Shown here: one piece after another, positions 19,052-27,537 of the stretch | Numbering within the stretch: position 1 is the stretch's first letter | Layout: each line of letters opens with the position of its first letter | Assembly: GCA_944383375.1 (NCBI GenBank) | Contig: CALWPG010000005.1 | Span: 24,982 to 88,981, forward strand | Direction of reading: 5' to 3' | Origin: an uncultured Clostridia bacterium | Lineage (GTDB): Bacteria > Bacillota > Clostridia > Christensenellales > UBA1242 | DNA length: 64,000 nucleotides | Translations under genes and position numbers: made by a program | The notes under the pieces: model-generated | Databases searched by the model: none | What the model was told of the DNA's origin: nothing | Seen by the model: the letters and a program-made list of their open reading frames with translations, nothing else

Positions 19052-19471
19052 ATGAAAGATTTAATTTCAAGAAATGATTTTGATTTATGGAACCCATTTG
19101 GTGATTTGTTTAATTTGTCACGTCCAAAACACGGAAGAGAACTTGGCAATTTGCTTAGAACAGATATAAAAGAAAAGGAAAATTGCTATGAACTCGAAGT
19201 TGATATGCCAGGCTTTAAGAAAGAAGATGTTGCAATTGACCTTAACAACGGTTATTTGACAATATCCGTTCAAAAGAAAGAAGAGCATGAAGAACATGGC
19301 AAACATCACTACATCAGAAAAGAAAGATATTATGGCAACGCACAAAGAAGTTTTTATGTTGGCGACATAAAAGAAAGTGATATAGATGCTAAACTTGAAA
19401 ACGGAACTCTCTCCATTACAATTCCAAAAGAAAAAGCCGTTGAAACAAAAAAGAGCATCGAAATCAAATAA
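19052..19471 (+). CDS. Hsp20/alpha-crystallin family small heat-shock protein
   Basis: Start at the ATG behind AAGGAGAATTATT. Alpha-crystallin domain (DIKEKENCYELEVDMPGFKKEDVAIDLNNGYLTISV...GTLSITIPK). Confidence 0.9.
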   Translation: MKDLISRNDFDLWNPFGDLFNLSRPKHGRELGNLLRTDIKEKENCYELEVDMPGFKKEDVAIDLNNGYLTISVQKKEEHEEHGKHHYIRKERYYGNAQRSFYVGDIKESDIDAKLENGTLSITIPKEKAVETKKSIEIK

Positions 19472-19475
19472 CTAG

Positions 19476-19509
19476 AAAAAACACACCACGACTGTGGTGT
19501 GTTTTTTTG
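19476..19509 (+). terminator. Rho-independent terminator of hsp20
   Basis: ACACACCAC-gact-GTGGTGTGT followed by TTTTTTT. Confidence 0.8.
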
Positions 19510-19553
19510 AAATTCCGTGAAAAAGCCACTCACAGTGACACCAGACTCTCACA

Positions 19554-20714
19554 TTATGTCGCGAGCCGTTGTTTTGCAAGCAAAATATCTTCTCTTTTAG
19601 CGAATGCAGAAAACCTAACATAACCTTCGCCGAACTTGCCAAAGCCACTCCCAGGTACGCAAACTATGTTGTATTCGTTGAGCAAATATTCAAAATATTG
19701 CCATGATGTAAACTTTGCTGGTATTTTTAACCATATGTATGGTGAATTTGATGATGAAAGAAATTGCATTCCTTTAAAGCAACTTTTAAGGATTTTGGCA
19801 TTTTGTTTGTAATAATTTATGTTTTTTTGACAAATTTTCTCCCCCTCGTCGCTCAGTGCAAACTCCGCACCTTTTTGAATGTGATATGGCACACCATTAA
19901 AAAATGTACATTGCCTTTTATTCCACATGGCATTTAAACTTTGCCCTTCTCTTTGTAGCTCCTTGGGAACTATGGTGTATCCACATCTAAGGTTTGTAAA
20001 ACCAGCAGATTTTGAAAAACTAGCAATTTCAATGGCACAGGTTTTTGCCCCTTCAACAAGGTATATGGATTTGGGACAATGATCTTCTATGAAACTTTGA
20101 TAGGCATTGTCAAACAAGATGATTGAAGAAGTTTTATTGGCAAAATCAACCCATTTTTTCAGGTCATCGTGTGTCATAGTAGCACCAGTTGGATTATTGG
20201 GAGAACAAATGTATATGAGATAACTCTTTTCTTCGAGCCCATCAATCACCATTTTGTATCCGTTTTGTTTTGTGAGTGGCAACAAAATAACCTCGTTGCC
20301 ACAAAGTATGTTGCTATCGTAGTATGCAGGATATGTTGGGTCGGCTATAACCGCAGTTGAAAATGAAAAGAGATTTAAAATATTTCCAACATCACAACCT
20401 GCACCATTGCTGACAAATACATCTTCATTTGAAATATCTACACCAAGTTTTTTATAATATCTGCAAATCGCCGTCTTTAAAAAATCATATCCGGTTTCTG
20501 GTGGATAGCCCTTAAATTTTTCTGTTGCTTGATCGTTTAGTGCATCCGTCATCACCTTTACCAGTTTTTTATCCATAGGAAGCGTCACATCGCCGACACC
20601 AAGATTTAGAATGTGCAAATCGCTATGCGTTTGTCTAAATTTTTTAACCCTTTCATTTATTTCCACAAATAGATAGTTATCTTTAGATTTTTTGTAATTT
20701 AAATTAATATTCAT
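19554..20714 (-). CDS. dapL: LL-diaminopimelate aminotransferase (DapL-type, class I PLP fold)
   Basis: MNINLNYKKSKDNYLFVEINERV...LGVGDVTLPM, and the PLP-lysine region SFSKSAGFTNLRCGY. Start set to M12, overlapping the dapF stop by 11 nt. Confidence 0.8.
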   Translation of the reverse strand: MNINLNYKKSKDNYLFVEINERVKKFRQTHSDLHILNLGVGDVTLPMDKKLVKVMTDALNDQATEKFKGYPPETGYDFLKTAICRYYKKLGVDISNEDVFVSNGAGCDVGNILNLFSFSTAVIADPTYPAYYDSNILCGNEVILLPLTKQNGYKMVIDGLEEKSYLIYICSPNNPTGATMTHDDLKKWVDFANKTSSIILFDNAYQSFIEDHCPKSIYLVEGAKTCAIEIASFSKSAGFTNLRCGYTIVPKELQREGQSLNAMWNKRQCTFFNGVPYHIQKGAEFALSDEGEKICQKNINYYKQNAKILKSCFKGMQFLSSSNSPYIWLKIPAKFTSWQYFEYLLNEYNIVCVPGSGFGKFGEGYVRFSAFAKREDILLAKQRLAT

Positions 20715-21489
20715 ACCAAACTCCATCATACACGTATCTACATTCACCTGTCATAATAATGTGTTCCTTGCATTCTATGTTCAGTTCTCCACCATCAAGT
20801 TTAACGTTGACATAATTTTGCGTGTAACTTTTCAAATAGCAGACAAAGGCACATGCACAAGCACCACTGCCACAGGCGAGTGTAAAACCACTACCTCTTT
20901 CATACACCTTTACTTTTATATGATCTTTTTTAACCTGCACCAATTCCACATTTATTCCATCGTCAAAAATTGGTAAATTTTGAATGTATTTACAAAATTT
21001 CCTTACATTGAAATTGAAATTGTCGACAAATATTACACAATGTCTGTTACCTATATCCACAACATTTAGGGTAAACTCTTTTTCTTCAAATTGCACAATC
21101 AAAATTTTATCCAAAAATGCACTGCCCATGTCCACACTTACTATTGCACCATCTTTGAATGTAGACATCATTTTGCAAGTTATTGTTCGATTTTGTGTTT
21201 GTATTTTTACAACATCTTTGCCAATTTTTTTATGAATATAATATGCCACACATCTTGAGGCATTTCCACACATGTTTGCCAAACTTGCATCGCTATTGTA
21301 GATCTTGATCTTAACATCGGCAGCTTTGGATTTTTGAAGCAAAATTACTCCATCTGCACCTACACCATAGTGTCTTTGGCATATTGCCCTGACAAAGGGT
21401 TTTATTTTTTTTATATTGTTTTTCCCCTCCATGTTGTCTATGAAGATATAATCATTTCCAATCCCTTGCATCTTGAAAAATTTGACCAT
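20704..21489 (-). CDS. dapF: Diaminopimelate epimerase
   Basis: MVKFFKMQGIGNDYIFID, with catalytic Cys regions NMCGNASRCV and ACGSGACA. Confidence 0.9.
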   Translation of the reverse strand: MVKFFKMQGIGNDYIFIDNMEGKNNIKKIKPFVRAICQRHYGVGADGVILLQKSKAADVKIKIYNSDASLANMCGNASRCVAYYIHKKIGKDVVKIQTQNRTITCKMMSTFKDGAIVSVDMGSAFLDKILIVQFEEKEFTLNVVDIGNRHCVIFVDNFNFNVRKFCKYIQNLPIFDDGINVELVQVKKDHIKVKVYERGSGFTLACGSGACACAFVCYLKSYTQNYVNVKLDGGELNIECKEHIIMTGECRYVYDGVWYEY

Positions 21490-21574
21490 ACATATTATAT
21501 ATTATTTATCACGAAAAATGTTGAATTGCTGTTGACTTAAATTATTTCATAAGTTAAAATCATCGTGGTGAAAT

Positions 21575-22558
21575 ATGTTTAACATTTCTAATAAATATTT
21601 GAAACACACTGTCAACATCTTTTGTGTTTTATTTGCGACTTTCGTTATGGGTGCTGGATTTAACATCTTCTATGCACCAAACAACATCCTTTTGGGAGGA
21701 TTTGGTGGATTTTCTACCATCATTTCATATCTTTTATCACAAGTTGGCATAAACATTCCAATGTCAATCATATACCTTTTGTTAAACGTAATACTTTATA
21801 TCTTCGCTGTAAAAATACTTGGAAAGACTTTTGCAATATATGCAATAATCGGTATTGTTTCGTACTCGCTATTTTTAGAGGTTTGCAAGTTCCCAAGCAT
21901 AAGTGATGACCTTTTGCTTTGCAGCATATATGGGGGTGTACTAACAGGTTTTGGAATTGGAATTGTGATAAGAAGTGGCGCAACCACTGGAGGCGGCGAC
22001 ATGCTTGGCTGCGTGATCAATCACAAGTATCCAAAAGTTTCGGTGGGTTGGGTCACAATTATTGTAAACTGCATCGTAATTTGCATATCTTTAATTATCT
22101 ACGGTCTTAATCTATCTTTGTACTCAATCATTGGAATATTTATTGCTGGAAGAGTAAGTGATCTAATTATCGAAGGTCCAAGATCAGTAAAAGCTTTTTA
22201 TATCATATCCAACAAATCGCAAGATATATCAAATAAACTTTTAACTGACTTACATCGAGGAGTCACCACTCTTGAAGCAAATGGAAAATTTAGCAACAGG
22301 CACATGGAAGTTATACTATGTTTGGTAAGTCAATTTCAAATACCAAAACTAAAGCAAATAGTTTACGATATCGACCCACAAGCATTTTTATTTTCAGTTT
22401 CTGTTAAAGAAGCCATTGGAAAAGGCTTCCACAAACTTGAGAAGCGTAAATCAATTTTGATACACAAAAAAACCAAACAAAATTTGGCGACAAATGTAAC
22501 TGAGCAAAGTTATTCAACAACACCCAATGGCCCTGACAAAATTGATGGAGAAGAGTAA
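21575..22558 (+). CDS. YitT-family membrane protein (DUF2179 C-terminal domain)
   Basis: Five to six TM segments with the GGFGG / TTGGGD motifs typical of YitT proteins, and a soluble C-terminal domain (KAFYIISNKSQDI...HRGVTTLEANGKF). Confidence 0.8.
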   Translation: MFNISNKYLKHTVNIFCVLFATFVMGAGFNIFYAPNNILLGGFGGFSTIISYLLSQVGINIPMSIIYLLLNVILYIFAVKILGKTFAIYAIIGIVSYSLFLEVCKFPSISDDLLLCSIYGGVLTGFGIGIVIRSGATTGGGDMLGCVINHKYPKVSVGWVTIIVNCIVICISLIIYGLNLSLYSIIGIFIAGRVSDLIIEGPRSVKAFYIISNKSQDISNKLLTDLHRGVTTLEANGKFSNRHMEVILCLVSQFQIPKLKQIVYDIDPQAFLFSVSVKEAIGKGFHKLEKRKSILIHKKTKQNLATNVTEQSYSTTPNGPDKIDGEE

Positions 22559-22567
22559 AACTTTAAC

Positions 22568-22595
22568 AAAAAAAGCCCCAATATGGGGCTTTTTT
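22568..22595. terminator. Bidirectional rho-independent terminator
   Basis: AAAAAA, hairpin AGCCCCA-ata-TGGGGCT, then TTTTT. It lies between the convergent yitT-like and HicB-like genes. Confidence 0.8.
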
Positions 22596-22596
22596 A

Positions 22597-22848
22597 TCAC
22601 ACCAAACAATCGACGAGCATGACAAGGTCGCGTGGATTTTTTTTCAACACATCTTCAAATCTGCTTGGCATTTCAATTTCTATATCAAATTTTTCTGCAT
22701 AGCTACAATACACTCTTAAACTTTCCTTAGCAAAAAGATAAGCATCTTCAATAGTGTCGCCGTCTATGGTTATTCCAAGATCTGGAAACAAGACTATGAA
22801 TTTATCGTCTTCTTTATAAAATATTGCAGAGAACAAGTATTGCTTCAT
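22597..22848 (-). CDS. HicB-like (UPF0150) antitoxin-fold protein, no adjacent HicA
   Basis: MKQYLFSAIFYKEDDKFIVLFPDLGITIDGDTIEDAYLFAKESL matches the HicB N-terminal fold pattern. AGGAG lies 6 nt before this ATG. Confidence 0.55.
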   Translation of the reverse strand: MKQYLFSAIFYKEDDKFIVLFPDLGITIDGDTIEDAYLFAKESLRVYCSYAEKFDIEIEMPSRFEDVLKKNPRDLVMLVDCLV

Positions 22849-22984
22849 CAACATCTCCTATCTATGCAAAAATGCAGTTTTATCTAACTTAGTATATGTA
22901 CATGATAACATAATTATAAAATTTATCAAAATTATTTTGCATTAAAAAATAAAAATTCAAAGCCAAGCTTTGAATTTAATATTA

Positions 22985-23182
22985 TTAAAATTCACGTTCC
23001 TCACAAATGTTATTTTGTTTTGAGGCAGAAAAATTGAATTTGAATGTTTTTGTTACTTTATTTTCCTGAGTCTTTTCACCGTACGCATAAATAAGCTTTG
23101 AAACACCTTGTGCAGGTATTGAAATCTCTTTTTTTAAGTTTTTGCTAGCATCGAAATCTTTTTTTGTGTTGATTTTGTTCAT
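22985..23182 (-). CDS. Hypothetical 65-aa protein
   Basis: Strong RBS (ACGGAGGATTATAT-ATG). A hairpin plus T-run terminator follows on the minus strand at about 22940-22980. Confidence 0.45.
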   Translation of the reverse strand: MNKINTKKDFDASKNLKKEISIPAQGVSKLIYAYGEKTQENKVTKTFKFNFSASKQNNICEEREF

Positions 23183-23278
23183 ATAATCCTCCGTTTTTAA
23201 CTGTTTGATACTTAACTTATTCGCTAGTATATTATCATACTTTTGGAAGATTGTCCATACCTATTTTAAAATTTTTTT

Positions 23279-24085
23279 TTATTTACTAGATAATTTTTTT
23301 TGTGTTTTTTTTGTATCTTTTTTATTTGTATTTTTTTTGGATGACTTAACTGACTGTTTAAGTGCTTCCATAAGATTTATTACATTTGGAGGATTAATCT
23401 TTTCACTAGGTCTAATTTTCTCACCTTTGATTTTCTTTTGTATTGCACTGAGTACTTTTTCGCGATATTCATCTTTGTATTCTTTTGCATCAAAATCCTG
23501 TGTCATGTTTTGAATAATCTGTTTTGCAAGATCTATTTCCTGTTTACTTACACTAACGTTGGCTTTAATTTCAGGACACGATTGAACTTCATCATAGAAA
23601 TGAAGAGTATATAACATAAGGTTGCCATTTTGCTCACAAAGTGCCACAAGCTGTTCTTTGTTTCCCAAAACGGTTTTGGCAATTGCAACTTTTTGTTCTG
23701 ACTTCATGGCACGTTTGAGCACCATATATGCTTTTTCGGCACTGGTAGGCACAACATAATATGACTTGTCAAAATACACAGGCTGAATGTCCGACAAATT
23801 AACAAATTTATCAATTGCTATAGTTTTATCTTTTTTTGATTTAATCTTTTCAAATTCCTCATCTGTCAAAGTTACATATTTGCCCTTTTCATATTCATAA
23901 CCTTTAACAATATCTTCATTTTTGATGTCCAGCGGGCAATTCTGACAGGTTTTTTTATACTTTATGCGTTGATGATTTTTTTTATACAACAAATTAAAGC
24001 CAATATCATTATTCTTGATGCAGGCATGAAGTTCTATTGGAATGTAAACAACCCCAAACTCAAGTGCAGTCTTGTAACTTCTCAT
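23279..24085 (-). CDS. ku: Ku protein (bacterial NHEJ DNA-end-binding protein)
   Basis: MRSYKTALEFGVVYIPIELHACIKN...IKYKKTCQNC...IVKGYEYEKGKYVTLTDEEFEKI aligns with the bacterial Ku core. Lys-rich C-terminal tail. Start set to the ATG at M7 of the ORF. Confidence 0.85.
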   Translation of the reverse strand: MRSYKTALEFGVVYIPIELHACIKNNDIGFNLLYKKNHQRIKYKKTCQNCPLDIKNEDIVKGYEYEKGKYVTLTDEEFEKIKSKKDKTIAIDKFVNLSDIQPVYFDKSYYVVPTSAEKAYMVLKRAMKSEQKVAIAKTVLGNKEQLVALCEQNGNLMLYTLHFYDEVQSCPEIKANVSVSKQEIDLAKQIIQNMTQDFDAKEYKDEYREKVLSAIQKKIKGEKIRPSEKINPPNVINLMEALKQSVKSSKKNTNKKDTKKTQKKLSSK

Positions 24086-24114
24086 ATTATATATCTTGCA
24101 CAATTTTTTTATGT

Positions 24115-25920
24115 TTATGTGGAAGGAGTTATAATTTCGTAATCAGTTCCTCTATAAACTATATATTTTCCATCATATAACTCTTCATATCTTGATATAT
24201 TTTCAAAAGTAGTCACCTGTGAGCCCACTTCATATTGATTTGTCTGAGAATTTTTTTGTAAGACATACTTATACACATTATTGTCACGATTTATGTAAAC
24301 ATTTATGGTATTATCGCTTCGTTGATAGTAAGCTGTGGCATCAAATCCTTTTGCAATATCCACTTTGTAGCTACTGTTGTATTGAGGATAAAATGTATTC
24401 ATACAAGTGTCCTTATCCCATAAAATCGCGCCTCTATATGGTACACTTGTGTCTCCTATTTTAACATCATTATCTCTAACTAAAGCTCCTTGTCTAATGC
24501 TTGTCTGTAGTATATTTTGATTGTTGTATTTTAGAAAAAATTGACTATTGATTCCATCTCCAAGAAACCCAGCAACACCGGCATGGCTTACAAAAAACCA
24601 ACAGTCTGTGCCATAACCATAACCCCCAGCAATTGGCTCAATATGTGAAGTATTATGTCCAAATTGCTCATCCTGTACCCATTGAGAGTCACTTTTCTTT
24701 AAAGACAGAGGGTGACAATCACTATTGCCCTCAAGCCCAACAATCACAAACTGTGGAGAATAATTTGTATTAAAAGCAAGAGCCGAGCCATATTGCTGAG
24801 TCAAAGTTGGTGTAATGTAACAGGCAGCAATAGGAAGAGCCAAATCTGTGTTATTTATTGGCATAAGTGAATTATCTGCCAGGTTTAAACTATCTTTTGA
24901 TTGTACGTCATAAAATAGTTTAGTGTTTTCTGATCTTTTTAAAATGTAATATGCTTCATTAAAACAAATAATCCTAAGTGGCAGTTCTCTATCGACAATT
25001 TTAACGTCATAACCTTCAACTTTAACAGAGTATTCAAGCATTTCGCATGTCGCAGCAAATTTACATTTTATTGTGAAAAAATTAAATTTTTCAGATGGAT
25101 AAAATTGATAGGAGTCAGTATATTCAAAATTTCCATTAACGCCTCGTAAATATTTTTTATATTTTTGTATCAATTGAGAAGATGCAACATTTGAAGCATT
25201 TATATAAAGCTCTATGTATGGTTCTGTGTTATCCGTTGTTGTTACTTTACCCTTGACATGATAAGTAAGTACCACCGGAATTGTTGGATCACAATAAAAT
25301 TGACATCTTGGCATTTCATAAGTACCCGTTATTGGTCCATTTATGTATGAACAGAAGGTATCAACTCTGTTAACTTTTTGTGTTGGAGTTGTTGTTCCAC
25401 CTCCTGGTGATGATCCTCCAGAACTTGACTGAGACTCAAGTGAAGTTACACGACTTTCCAAAGAATCGTCCGCATCTTCAAGATCTTCAATTTGACCCAA
25501 AATTGAAGTGATGTTACTGTTGATTGATGTAATAGTAGTGCTTAATGAGGATAAATCATCTTCCAAATCACCAACATTTTGATTTAACTGAGAATAATTT
25601 GAAATATGACTTTGAAGTTGTTGTGAAATAGATGACAAACTCGAATTAATTGACGTGATGTCATCCTCAATATCTGTCACATCTTGACTGAGTTGCGAGT
25701 AATCTTGCAAATGGCTTTGAAGTTGCGAGCTATGAGTATCATATTCTGAGAGATGTTCAGTAAGTTGGGTCTGATAAGTGGTAATCAAGGTTTGTATTTG
25801 ATCGAGGCAGGATTTCATTGAAGTCATATAACCCTGAGTAGTAACCTGATTTGAAAGAGCTTTTATTCTTTTTTCAAGTTCCTCTATCTGTGTTTTTAAC
25901 TGGCTTAAAGTTGTTTCCAT
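24115..25920 (-). CDS. 601-aa protein: N-terminal coiled coil with internal repeats, G/S/T/P linker, about 420-aa beta-rich Cys-containing C-terminal domain
   Basis: RBS AAAGGAGACATT-ATG. Duplicated segment QLQSHLQDYSQLSQDVTDIEDDITSINSSL / QLQSHISNYSQLNQNVGDLEDDLSSLSTTI. Linker SSSGGSSPGGGTTTPT. No signal peptide. Function not recognisable. Confidence 0.75.
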   Translation of the reverse strand: METTLSQLKTQIEELEKRIKALSNQVTTQGYMTSMKSCLDQIQTLITTYQTQLTEHLSEYDTHSSQLQSHLQDYSQLSQDVTDIEDDITSINSSLSSISQQLQSHISNYSQLNQNVGDLEDDLSSLSTTITSINSNITSILGQIEDLEDADDSLESRVTSLESQSSSGGSSPGGGTTTPTQKVNRVDTFCSYINGPITGTYEMPRCQFYCDPTIPVVLTYHVKGKVTTTDNTEPYIELYINASNVASSQLIQKYKKYLRGVNGNFEYTDSYQFYPSEKFNFFTIKCKFAATCEMLEYSVKVEGYDVKIVDRELPLRIICFNEAYYILKRSENTKLFYDVQSKDSLNLADNSLMPINNTDLALPIAACYITPTLTQQYGSALAFNTNYSPQFVIVGLEGNSDCHPLSLKKSDSQWVQDEQFGHNTSHIEPIAGGYGYGTDCWFFVSHAGVAGFLGDGINSQFFLKYNNQNILQTSIRQGALVRDNDVKIGDTSVPYRGAILWDKDTCMNTFYPQYNSSYKVDIAKGFDATAYYQRSDNTINVYINRDNNVYKYVLQKNSQTNQYEVGSQVTTFENISRYEELYDGKYIVYRGTDYEIITPST

Positions 25921-25939
25921 AATGTCTCCTTTACACCCA

Positions 25940-25968
25940 ATTTTATGTTATAGAAATTGCACATTCAA
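25940..25968 (-). promoter_or_regulatory. Sigma-A-type promoter for the 601-aa / Ku unit
   Basis: Minus strand: TTGAAT (25968-25963), 17 nt, then TAAAAT (25945-25940). Located immediately after the mnmA terminator hairpin. Confidence 0.55.
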
Positions 25969-25978
25969 ATTTTTATGA

Positions 25979-26002
25979 CAAAAAAAATAGCCTGCTGGCT
26001 AT
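25979..26002 (-). terminator. Rho-independent terminator of mnmA
   Basis: Minus strand: ATAGCC-agca-GGCTAT followed by TTTTTTTT. The mnmA stop codon lies inside the stem. Confidence 0.65.
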
Positions 26003-27075
26003 TTCAATACTTCTTCAATCTCTGCCCCACCAAGACAATATTCGCCATCATAAAGCACGACATACTGCCCACAAGTTACCGCTCGTTGAGGAGAATAAAA
26101 TCTGAGTTCGACATGGTCATTCACCACTTTAACATGCACTTTTTGATCTGGTTGACGATATCTAAACTTTGCATAACAATCAAACTCAGTTTTGTCCGTT
26201 TTGCATGGTATGAAGTTGAATTTTCCACTTATCAACCCATTTGAGTATAAACTATCGTCTTCTCCTTGAGTTACATAAAGGATATTTTTTTGAACATCCT
26301 TGTCCACAACAAACCATCTACCACTGCCACCATCTTTTTGTCCGCCCACGCCAAGCCCTCGTCTTTGACCTAAGGTGTAGTACATTACACCGTCGTGCGT
26401 TCCAACGACTTTGCCGTCAAGTGTTTTTATCTCTCCCCTTTTTGCTGGGATGAAATTTTTTAAAAATTTTCTAAAATTGCGTTCACCAATAAAGCAAATT
26501 CCAGTGCTATCCTTTTTATGTGCGTTACTAAGTCCAAGTTGTTCAGCGATCTCCCTCACTTGGGTTTTTTCAATATCAGCGAGTGGAAACAACACACTTT
26601 TGAGTTGATCTTGACTCAACTGATTCAAAAAATAAGATTGGTCCTTATTTTTGTCAAATGCCTTCAAAAGATAATATTTTCCATCAATTTCTTGCTTTTT
26701 CGCATAGTGTCCAGTGGCGATATAATCTGCACCTATTTTTCTTGCAAAATCCAAAAAAGGACCGAACTTAACTTCTCGATTACAAAGAACATCGGGATTT
26801 GGTGTGTTTCCTTTTTTATACTGCTCTAGAAAATAAGTGAAAACTTTGTCATAATATTGTTTTGAGTAATTGACTGTATAATAAGGTATACCAATGGCAT
26901 TGCAAACTCTTTTGACATCTTCATAATCTGTCTCTGACGAGCAAACTCCACTATCGTCAGATTCCTCCCAATTCACCATAAAAAGGCCAATGACATTGTA
27001 GCCCTGTTGTTTTAGTAAATATGCACTGACTGCGGAATCAACTCCACCACTTATGCCAACAACAACTGTTTTCAT
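25999..27075 (-). CDS. mnmA: tRNA 2-thiouridine(34) synthase
   Basis: PP-loop VVVGISGGVDSAVSAYLL, catalytic Cys regions (CNREVKF, GICFIGE). 358 aa. Confidence 0.95.
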   Translation of the reverse strand: MKTVVVGISGGVDSAVSAYLLKQQGYNVIGLFMVNWEESDDSGVCSSETDYEDVKRVCNAIGIPYYTVNYSKQYYDKVFTYFLEQYKKGNTPNPDVLCNREVKFGPFLDFARKIGADYIATGHYAKKQEIDGKYYLLKAFDKNKDQSYFLNQLSQDQLKSVLFPLADIEKTQVREIAEQLGLSNAHKKDSTGICFIGERNFRKFLKNFIPAKRGEIKTLDGKVVGTHDGVMYYTLGQRRGLGVGGQKDGGSGRWFVVDKDVQKNILYVTQGEDDSLYSNGLISGKFNFIPCKTDKTEFDCYAKFRYRQPDQKVHVKVVNDHVELRFYSPQRAVTCGQYVVLYDGEYCLGGAEIEEVLK

Positions 27076-27536
27076 CTTTCCTCCGTAAGCAAAATTGACA
27101 CAGGAACTTTAAATTTTTTGACACAAATATTAAATATATCAAAAAGCCACATCAGTCCATGCGCCCCAATTATAATATAAACAAAAGTAGATATACTAAC
27201 CGGCATTACACCATTTATAGCCAAAATAGCACCAACAATAAACACCAGTCCAAACACAAGCATTGTTATGCCTTTTTTGTATCTTCCGACATAAAAACAG
27301 TGAGCACCAAAAAGACCTAAAAATATGCAAAAAAGCAAAAGTTTGTATCTTTTTAAATCACTTGGCATATCGGTTACATATACCACTTTGTCTTTTTTCT
27401 TTAAGCTTAGCATTTTTTTAGCAGCAGAATTTGTAGCCCACTTCAATCGCTCAAAAATAAGCCCACAATATGTGCACCTGGTTGCAATCTTGGCATTTTT
27501 TTCACCACATCGTGGACATTTTTTTGTATTGAACAT
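27072..27536 (-). CDS. Zinc-ribbon plus TM2-domain membrane protein
   Basis: CPRCGEKN...CTYCG zinc ribbon followed by a TM2-like pair of helices (LLLFCIFLGLFGAHCFYVGRYKKG). 4-nt ATGA overlap with mnmA. Confidence 0.7.
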   Translation of the reverse strand: MFNTKKCPRCGEKNAKIATRCTYCGLIFERLKWATNSAAKKMLSLKKKDKVVYVTDMPSDLKRYKLLLFCIFLGLFGAHCFYVGRYKKGITMLVFGLVFIVGAILAINGVMPVSISTFVYIIIGAHGLMWLFDIFNICVKKFKVPVSILLTEER

Positions 27537-27537
27537 A

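Noticed and set aside
22597-25968. Prophage or genomic-island interpretation of the HicB-like / 65-aa / Ku / 601-aa block
   Set aside because: I found no integrase, terminase, capsid or other phage genes, no flanking direct repeats, and no adjacent tRNA. It is kept only as one hypothesis within the Ku finding.
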